Below, piece by piece: positions 58,336-64,000 of a stretch of DNA of 64,000 nucleotides (positions within the stretch are counted from its first letter, which is position 1; each line of letters begins with the position of its first letter). Origin of the DNA: a virus; the IMG/VR virus record IMGVR_UViG_3300045988_084534, positions 37,276 through 101,275 of that record; one strand, written 5' to 3'. A model generated the notes under the pieces. It had not been told where the DNA came from and did no database searches. It worked only from the letters and a program-made list of their open reading frames with translations. The translations under genes were made by a program, and so were the position numbers.

Positions 58336-59407
58336 TAAGTCATTTCATCTACACAGTAAGCAGAGGTGTTTACTCTTACTCCTTCGCACATCCTAACAAT
58401 TTGTGCCCCTCGTAATCTAATGATTACACTTTCTCAACCCTCGATTACTCTGACTTACCCAACACCCTCTTATCATTAAGCAAGTTTACATCGTAGTTGT
58501 TGGGTGCCTGAATGACTAGGCATTACATAAGACTCATATTGGGCGTGCTTACTACACTTGATATTGAAATCTAGCCCCTCTGGTGCGGGATAGGGAACTC
58601 GAATCCCTACGCCTTGCGGCAACAGATTTTAAGTCTATCGTGGCTGCCATTACACCAATCCCGCATATTCAATCTCAAGCCGACTTCCTACCTCATAGCT
58701 ATTTCTAGCATCGGCTCGTGAATGATGTTTACATATGATGTGCTATTACGCCAAAAAATCCATGTCTCTAAGGCATATCTCAACATACAACATAATGCTT
58801 AGAGAGACAAATTTGTATGCCAACAGTCGCTAACTGCTCTTGAGAACAAGTGGATATTGGACTACCATTTCTGGACGGGGCGACCGATTTATCCTTATGC
58901 AAAGCACTATGTTCATCCACTGTTAGTGACTCGCGATTGGGCTTCCTCCAATTTAACTGTCACCATTGCCACGATTTACTCTTTAGACGATGGCTGCTTC
59001 TAAGCCAACGTTTCATATGCTTGAATAATATCCTTATATCACCTTTGCCGTTATGTTTTTGTCCTCATGCTAACGGAACACGCTCAGGCGCGACCCCAAT
59101 TCTCTATTAAGCTATCTGCCGCTTCTCAAACTCTGCACAGACCCGCTTCACAGGTGTGATATAGATTTGACGGTTATCTTCAAATCCGTTCGGATATTAT
59201 ATTGATACAGTATTTGTCTTTGTACTTCAGACACTCCCACCGCTGTATCACCGGGTTCGAGCCGTTTCTTTACTCTAGCTGGCTCTATACACTAGCTCTA
59301 AATGATGGCTGTTCATCTCACTCCATTTACTACTGCTCCTGTACTCCCCAGTCCGGCGTTCCATGGATAACGTCATCTGTGGGCTTCGTAGCACCATCAT
59401 CTTTACA
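58336..59407 (-). ncRNA. Large non-coding locus collinear with 23S rRNA domain II (5' segment 58665-59407, embedded tRNA-Leu, 3' segment 58336-58580)
   Basis: There is no credible - strand ORF. A consensus promoter lies at 59414-59442. Blocks matching E. coli 23S occur in 23S order, including an exact GUUGGCUUAGAAGCAGCCAUC (58989-59009) and GCGUAAUAGC (58742-58751). See the findings for the full block list. The ends are approximate. Confidence 0.6.
58581..58664 (-). tRNA. tRNA-Leu (anticodon UAA), type II, CCA encoded
   Basis: Acceptor stem GCGGGAU/AUCCCGC, 3-bp D stem, anticodon arm AUAGA-CUUAAAA-UCUGU, variable arm GCC-GCAA-GGC, T arm AGGGA-UUCGAGU-UCCCU, and discriminator A followed by CCA. 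Confidence 0.9.
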
Positions 59408-59413
59408 TTCTCA

Positions 59414-59442
59414 ATTATACCATACTTGATTTTATTTGTCAA
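59414..59442 (-). promoter_or_regulatory. Consensus sigma-70 promoter with extended -10, driving the rRNA-like locus
   Basis: On the - strand: cTTGACAaataaaatcaagtaTGgTATAAT (17-nt spacer). Confidence 0.75.
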
Positions 59443-59584
59443 GTGTTAAATTGCATTTATTTAATGTTTTTTCAATGGCTTCATCAAGTTCTTTTTCTAC
59501 TTTACGCCAGTATAGATACACAATCAACATTCCAACTGCAACGCCAGCCGCAAATGAGCCTAGACAAGATAATAAAATAATCAT
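59432..59584 (-). CDS. Possible 50-aa single-TM protein (not in the ORF track)
   Basis: MIILLSCLGSFAAGVAVGMLIVYLYWRKVEKELDEAIEKTLNKCNLTLDK. No clear RBS. Its end overlaps the promoter -35. Confidence 0.3.
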   Translation of the reverse strand: MIILLSCLGSFAAGVAVGMLIVYLYWRKVEKELDEAIEKTLNKCNLTLDK

Positions 59585-59645
59585 ACACTAATAATCAATA
59601 AATTTTCCTAAACATCTAACCCTACAACTTACCTTACTTAATCAA

Positions 59646-59882
59646 CTAATCTGAATTTTCTTCATTATTAGTCAATGATTTCTTTGCTAAACGAGCTGAT
59701 TTTAGCCGTTCAGCCGCAGCTTGTTTCTGTTCATCTGTCATTGAGCGGGTACGCCCTGATTTGCCAAATCTCAAGTCATAAAGCGGACAAGACTTAATTG
59801 GACAATGCTTTACTTCGTTTGCGGAATCGCCTGAACATTGTAAACAATATTGTCGTATTCGTTTTAGCGGAGATATTTCCAT
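59646..59882 (-). CDS. Zinc-finger small basic protein
   Basis: GAGGTG then ATG. Sequence contains CLQCSGDSANEVKHCPIKSCPLYDLRFG. Confidence 0.5.
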   Translation of the reverse strand: MEISPLKRIRQYCLQCSGDSANEVKHCPIKSCPLYDLRFGKSGRTRSMTDEQKQAAAERLKSARLAKKSLTNNEENSD

Positions 59883-59913
59883 ATTATCACCTCGTTAGTT
59901 TATATTTTGTTCA

Positions 59914-60003
59914 TGGTCTTCCCGGCTGGGTACGATCCAGCACATGCCTTGTGAGGGTCTTACTCTTATAAGGAGTAGGCTTTTCCAATTAAGCTACGGG
60001 AAG
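59914..60003 (-). tRNA. Atypical tRNA, anticodon UAU (Ile/AUA) with a 19-nt variable region and a non-canonical T-loop
   Basis: Acceptor stem CUUCCCG/CGGGAAG followed by ACCA, D arm GCUU-AAUUGGAA-AAGC, anticodon arm UACUC-CUUAUAA-GAGUA, variable region AGACCCUCACAAGGCAUGU, and T arm GCUGG-AUCGUAC-CCAGC. Confidence 0.6.
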
Positions 60004-60101
60004 ATATTTGAGCCTTTTATCGTCATGCTCAGGACTATATTCTAGGAGGTTCACAATGAAGAACTGTAATTGAGATTACCCAATTTCTCAATCACATCTG
60101 T

Positions 60102-60130
60102 ATTATACCATATGAGATGCTATTTGTCAA
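60102..60130 (-). promoter_or_regulatory. Sigma-70-type promoter (TTGACA-17-TATAAT) upstream of the atypical tRNA
   Basis: On the - strand: cTTGACAaatagcatctcatatggTATAAT. Confidence 0.7.
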
Positions 60131-60335
60131 GAATTATTTTTTCAAATTTTTCTCGCCATTCATCGCGCCAGATATTGATTGCATCCATATCCCCAGATCG
60201 CTCATATTCGTAGCAACAAGCTCCAACGGCTTGAAAGGCATAAGATTTGACATCAAAATAATCATTGCACATAGTTGCCGTTTGGTATGTTTCTTCAAGG
60301 AACTTGATTAATTTCTTATCCATAATATTTACCAT
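60120..60335 (-). CDS. Hypothetical small protein
   Basis: 71-aa ORF downstream of promoter 60355-60383. Confidence 0.45.
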   Translation of the reverse strand: MVNIMDKKLIKFLEETYQTATMCNDYFDVKSYAFQAVGACCYEYERSGDMDAINIWRDEWREKFEKIILDK

Positions 60336-60354
60336 CCTTTCATTTGGTAATTAT

Positions 60355-60383
60355 ATTATATCACACAATTAGTCATTTGTCAA
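60355..60383 (-). promoter_or_regulatory. Sigma-70-type promoter (TTGACA-17-TATAAT)
   Basis: On the - strand: cTTGACAaatgactaattgtgtgaTATAAT. Confidence 0.7.
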
Positions 60384-60535
60384 GAACAAATTTTATTCAT
60401 TTTAATAAATGTTTCACAAGCCCAGCCATTGAGAACTGGCACTTCATCACACCTATAACCCCATAGTCCAGTTTCTCGGTCATAGCAGTCAACGTGGCAA
60501 AGGTAATCACCGAACATAAAATAGGTATTAAGCAT
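60380..60535 (-). CDS. Cys-containing small protein
   Basis: The start MLNTYFMF overlaps the upstream stop (ATGCTTAA). Confidence 0.4.
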   Translation of the reverse strand: MLNTYFMFGDYLCHVDCYDRETGLWGYRCDEVPVLNGWACETFIKMNKICS

Positions 60536-60752
60536 AAGTCCAACCATCCACATAATATGTTTCACATACATCTGATACATCGTCTCTGTCCGACTTAATA
60601 TTCAACGTTGCATATGTAGGATTTGCGCCTTCATATACAATTTTTAGTTTACAGTCAAGCCCAAGATTTTTCATTACAGAGGTGATTTTATAAAATGCCT
60701 TGTTAAGCAATTCTTCTCTACGCTGATATTCTTCTACTGTTGTCATAATCAT
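60528..60752 (-). CDS. Hypothetical small protein
   Basis: 74-aa ORF preceded by GAGGGAG. Confidence 0.45.
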   Translation of the reverse strand: MIMTTVEEYQRREELLNKAFYKITSVMKNLGLDCKLKIVYEGANPTYATLNIKSDRDDVSDVCETYYVDGWTYA

Positions 60753-60775
60753 TATCTCCCTCGTTTGGTAACTTG

Positions 60776-60804
60776 ATTATACTATATAGAATTTGATTTG
60801 TCAA
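60776..60804 (-). promoter_or_regulatory. Sigma-70-type promoter (TTGACA-17-TATAAT)
   Basis: On the - strand: cTTGACAaatcaaattctatatagTATAAT. Confidence 0.7.
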
Positions 60805-60807
60805 GTA

Positions 60808-61383
60808 TTATTTGAATAATTCTTCAAGATTTCTGACATGATATTGTCTATCTTTCAAATCGTCCACTCTAGTTCTAGCCAGTTCCCAATTTGAATTAAC
60901 AAAGCCGCTTTTCATCACATCGGCTATGATTTGCTCGTCCTTATATTTGCGCCGTTCTAGCCGTAAATCATGTAGTAGCTTATATATCTTATATCCATCT
61001 CTAGCATTGTATGAATTGAACTCAATAGCATGAAGTACATCCTGAATTTTATTCTCTACCTCAGTCAATTTATGATCCATCCATGGCGCTCTTGCTACAA
61101 GCTGGTCATGTAGATCGCAGAACGAGCCAATTTGTGCCAATGCTGAATCATAATTTACCAATTCCACATTTGTAAACTGGTCGAAATCGACGGGTTTAGA
61201 TGGCGCATCAATCTGTTGCACAAAATAACCCAGATTGCGCATTTGCTTTGGTAGATTAGCAAGCGCATTATCGGCTTTGGTTTTATCATGGAATTGAAAT
61301 GATTCATTCAATTCGGGCGTTGGAACGAATTGCTTAATTGCATTCTGCATGAGATAGTATTTATTGTTATAGAGTACATACAT
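60808..61383 (-). CDS. Hypothetical protein
   Basis: 191-aa ORF. Confidence 0.45.
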   Translation of the reverse strand: MYVLYNNKYYLMQNAIKQFVPTPELNESFQFHDKTKADNALANLPKQMRNLGYFVQQIDAPSKPVDFDQFTNVELVNYDSALAQIGSFCDLHDQLVARAPWMDHKLTEVENKIQDVLHAIEFNSYNARDGYKIYKLLHDLRLERRKYKDEQIIADVMKSGFVNSNWELARTRVDDLKDRQYHVRNLEELFK

Positions 61384-61385
61384 AA

Positions 61386-61670
61386 CTATCTTTTCTTTCT
61401 TTTCAATTTGCGGCGTTCAGCACGATTTCCAATTTTATCCTCTTTGGGAGGTTCTATAACGTATTTGTCACACTCATCCAATCTTGTATTTGGAATATCA
61501 TAACACAACCAACCAGCATCTGAGCCGTCAGCATTTATTAACTTCTTTTTCATCCGAATCTTATAATTACCATCTGGTTTTAACGTAACAATGGCATATT
61601 CTTCACGGAGTGCAGAATCTAATTTCTCCACATCGTATTTGAAATCCCATTTTATATTCTTGTTTTTCAT
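61386..61670 (-). CDS. Hypothetical basic protein
   Basis: 94-aa ORF downstream of promoter 61677-61705. Confidence 0.45.
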   Translation of the reverse strand: MKNKNIKWDFKYDVEKLDSALREEYAIVTLKPDGNYKIRMKKKLINADGSDAGWLCYDIPNTRLDECDKYVIEPPKEDKIGNRAERRKLKRKKR

Positions 61671-61676
61671 GACTCA

Positions 61677-61705
61677 ATTATACCATATTCATTTACATTT
61701 GTCAA
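61677..61705 (-). promoter_or_regulatory. Sigma-70-type promoter (TTGACA-17-TATAAT)
   Basis: On the - strand: aTTGACAaatgtaaatgaatatggTATAAT. Confidence 0.7.
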
Positions 61706-62295
61706 TCCCATAAAGCAAAGAATTTTGTAGCGCCAATTTCAAAGATGAATTTTTGAGATTCATGCCAATCACTACGTCCATATGCGGGTGCATAGAAATA
61801 TAGAATCGGCTCGTCTGTAATAAAATCCTCATCATCAAAAATCTGTGATACGGCTCGGCGCACATTATCAGCTGCATCGGTCGATTCTTCCGCAAGCATA
61901 TCCATTGATTTCCAACCAGCATATTGATAATTGATTCTTACTTCTTCAGGCGTATAATCATGCTTTAGCATAGCATTATAGATACACTGCGCTACAGCTA
62001 ACATTGCATCATATGGCTCACCGCCTACTTCACCAGCCACCATACATTCAATATATAGCCGCCAATCGTCAGTGAGATTGAATTTTACGGCACGGGGCAG
62101 CTCGGCGCTGGTTAGCTCGTTGACAACCACAGGTGTCATGTCAATATATGTTACAGGGATTTCACGACTTGTTGGCTTTTCAATTTCAATTTCTTGTTCT
62201 ACAATCTGTGGCTCGATTTTATCATTTGCAGCATTATATACCAGAGCCGACATGACAATAATAGCCGCCAGCCCAGAAGCAATAATCATTTTCAT
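61702..62295 (-). CDS. Membrane-anchored SleB-type cell-wall hydrolase domain protein
   Basis: N-terminal anchor MKMIIASGLAAIIVMSALV. ECMVAGEVGGEPYDAMLAVAQCIYNAM resembles the SleB/Hydrolase_2 motif (A)EARGEP..G..AVA.V(I/V).NR. Confidence 0.55.
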   Translation of the reverse strand: MKMIIASGLAAIIVMSALVYNAANDKIEPQIVEQEIEIEKPTSREIPVTYIDMTPVVVNELTSAELPRAVKFNLTDDWRLYIECMVAGEVGGEPYDAMLAVAQCIYNAMLKHDYTPEEVRINYQYAGWKSMDMLAEESTDAADNVRRAVSQIFDDEDFITDEPILYFYAPAYGRSDWHESQKFIFEIGATKFFALWD

Positions 62296-62927
62296 TTTTC
62301 CAATTCTCCCATCTTATTGATTTGATACCATCCTACAATATCTCCATCCATACCCGGAGTCGTATTGATACATGGATTTGAATTTGTATAGATAGGCCCA
62401 TCAATGATATTCGTATCTACATAAAACTCAATATATTCGCCACATCGAATTGGATTTCCCAGCTCGTCATAGCGTCCTGATATAGTACCAATCATATGCT
62501 CATCATCTAACGTATGGTCATTATGCTTAACATCCACTTTGACGATTGGAATTTCTGTGCCGTCCGAACAAACAAAAATCCAGCGTGTGCCGATTGAATC
62601 AGCATGATAACCGCCAAAATATGAGCCGAGCGCGGCAGCAATGAATCCATCATCATCACGCAGATAGCCATCATCGCATACGGTCAACGATTTTAGAATT
62701 TGATTCTGCGCCACACGATAATCTGTGTATGCTTTAGTGGCTAGAGCAACAGGTGCGACTTCATAGTCTGAAACGGATTGATAGCATCGTATCTCACCGT
62801 CTTGATTCACTACATACCATGTGATTGTATCATCTGGATTCGCGGCTTCAGCATTATTACTAAGCCAACCAATAAATCCAATGATACCCAAGATAATAAA
62901 TAACCATTTCCAAAATCTAATTTCCAT
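62292..62927 (-). CDS. Membrane-anchored protein, first gene after the leftward promoter
   Basis: The start MEIRFWKWLFIILGIIGFIGWL follows GAAGGAGG. The longer tracked ORF would begin inside the promoter. Confidence 0.5.
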   Translation of the reverse strand: MEIRFWKWLFIILGIIGFIGWLSNNAEAANPDDTITWYVVNQDGEIRCYQSVSDYEVAPVALATKAYTDYRVAQNQILKSLTVCDDGYLRDDDGFIAAALGSYFGGYHADSIGTRWIFVCSDGTEIPIVKVDVKHNDHTLDDEHMIGTISGRYDELGNPIRCGEYIEFYVDTNIIDGPIYTNSNPCINTTPGMDGDIVGWYQINKMGELEK

Positions 62928-62955
62928 TTTTGACCTCCTTCGATTTTGTAAACGG

Positions 62956-62984
62956 ATTGTAACATATATGAATCCATTTGTCAA
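62956..62984 (-). promoter_or_regulatory. Sigma-70-type promoter (TTGACA-17-TACAAT), outermost of the - strand series in this window
   Basis: On the - strand: cTTGACAaatggattcatatatgtTACAAT. Confidence 0.65.
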
Positions 62985-63176
62985 GTACGATTTTCAAATT
63001 TGATTCTACGATTGTAAATATCAATTTCAATTTTGGAATTTAATTTTCGGGCTGTATTTACATATAGGAAAATCAATTTTCATTTTCCAGCTCGTGCATA
63101 TATAGATATACAATAACAATAACCATTATCATTTATATATCCATATATCAATCAATCGATACATTAACATATCCAT

Positions 63177-63226
63177 CTACATCATTATGCACATAAATGA
63201 TGTAGGTAACAATACGCATGATGTAG
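63177..63226. repeat. Inverted repeat CTACATCATT/AATGATGTAG plus a third direct half-site
   Basis: 63177-63186 is the reverse complement of 63196-63205 (9-nt spacer). ATGATGTAG occurs again at 63218-63226. Confidence 0.6.
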
Positions 63227-64000
63227 ATAGATATGTTTATCGACAATACGCAGCTTTATGTCTATAAATATAAACATTACTTTCATACATATATCACGAT
63301 TTATATTAGTATCAAAGTAACACATATCATGATTTTCACATTTTTTCATATGAATATTCACTCACATCATCACATTTTCTGTAGGAGATTTGTGTACATT
63401 CGCACATTTTTCCATCGTAAAATAATGTGTGAATGTCAGTTGTTCTAAGTTCGGTGCGAATAACCTATATATATATATGATATACACCATATAAGCTATG
63501 AGCGCAAATTACATCCTAGTCATGTCGCGCCGTCTGTGTTGATTTGAGCCGAGTTCACATACATCCTAGGCAAGATATGCCCGTAGTCGATTCGAGCCGC
63601 TACGGACAACGCAGAGCCTTATAGATTATATATACATATAAGCGATTGTATATACTAGGGCGCGGGAAAATAAAATGTTGCTCTCGCATACGCGCATGCG
63701 AGAAAAAATCCGGGTCGATTGTACGCCCGAAAAAAATAAACATCAAAAAATACGTTTACACACGAATGTTCGCAAAATTGATTTACACTTTAATTTATTA
63801 AAGCATATGCTGGAAAAAACAGGGAATTAGATTAGTCTAACTCATATGGTAAAAATTGACAAGTTGGAATTTGTGCAGATTGCATAATGTAGACTGTTAC
63901 CGCTTGTGTATATTGTATAATGCCTCTGTAGCGGCTCTAGTGGACGTATATGGCGCGAACTATACCGGGAATATAGGAACATAGGGAAGCAAAAAAAAAG

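Noticed and set aside
58336-59407. Assignment of the large non-coding locus to the ROOL or GOLLD RNA families
   Set aside because: I considered this first, because the locus is a tRNA-adjacent, phage-borne, large ORF-free region. I cannot recall the consensus sequences of those families, and the collinear 23S rRNA matches are a more specific observation. The assignment is not excluded and needs a covariance-model search.
58850-59429. + strand ORFs 58850..59110 and 59202..59429 inside the rRNA-like locus
   Set aside because: They run opposite to the only promoter in the region and have no Shine-Dalgarno sequence. Their composition is Cys/Leu/Ser-rich and atypical. They overlap the blocks that match 23S rRNA on the other strand.
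59914-60003. Suppressor tRNA or alternative genetic code
   Set aside because: The anticodon reads UAU, not CUA, UCA or UUA. All long ORFs in the window are intact under the standard code. The only frame breaks are explained by introns, the intein or homopolymer runs.
61689-61922. 77-aa - strand ORF overlapping the 3' part of the SleB-like gene
   Set aside because: It is an alternative frame of a better-supported gene and starts inside promoter 61677-61705. It has no motifs.
63000-64000. Possible CRISPR array or tandem-repeat array in the AT-rich region
   Set aside because: The repeats are short (9-11 nt), few, irregularly spaced and partly inverted. There is no repeat-spacer periodicity, and no cas genes are present.

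Overview
The window is part of a large AT-rich tailed dsDNA phage or prophage genome. Positions 1-23.5 kb on the + strand hold the late/tail module. It contains a tape measure protein, baseplate and tail proteins, at least six fibre/receptor-binding-type genes, an NlpC/P60-type lysin and holin-like genes. Positions 23.5-63 kb on the - strand hold the early/DNA-metabolism module. It encodes dUTPase, a ThyX-like protein, class II RNR, a RecD-like helicase, a Dam methylase, a cysteine desulfurase plus a PAPS-reductase-like PP-loop enzyme, and a RecJ-like DHH nuclease. It also encodes primase, a DnaB-like helicase, a Sak4-like ATPase with an SSB-like protein, family B DNA polymerase, a beta-CASP nuclease, a tyrosine recombinase and HU. 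The two modules converge on a bidirectional terminator at 23461-23508, and 62985-64000 is an ORF-free, AT-rich control region. Six points stand out. (1) An ORF-free, promoter-driven locus (58336-59407, - strand) is collinear with bacterial 23S rRNA domain II. It includes an exact 21-nt copy of the GTPase-associated-centre helix 43 and the A1095 loop, and a tRNA-Leu(UAA) is embedded in it. (2) Self-splicing elements are unusually dense: four related group I introns (in the tape measure, lysin, nrdJ and polB genes), one LAGLIDADG intein in nrdJ, two intron-borne homing endonucleases and one free-standing endonuclease. (3) A NifS/DndA-like plus DndC/SspD-like gene pair suggests a sulfur-based nucleic-acid modification. 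(4) A GC-rich, apparently foreign BspA-type LRR cassette sits among the fibre genes. (5) About 14 near-identical consensus promoters (cTTGACAAat-N17-TATAAT) punctuate the - strand. (6) Two adjacent genes are broken at homopolymer runs. All calls come from reading the sequence and ORF translations by eye; no searches were run.
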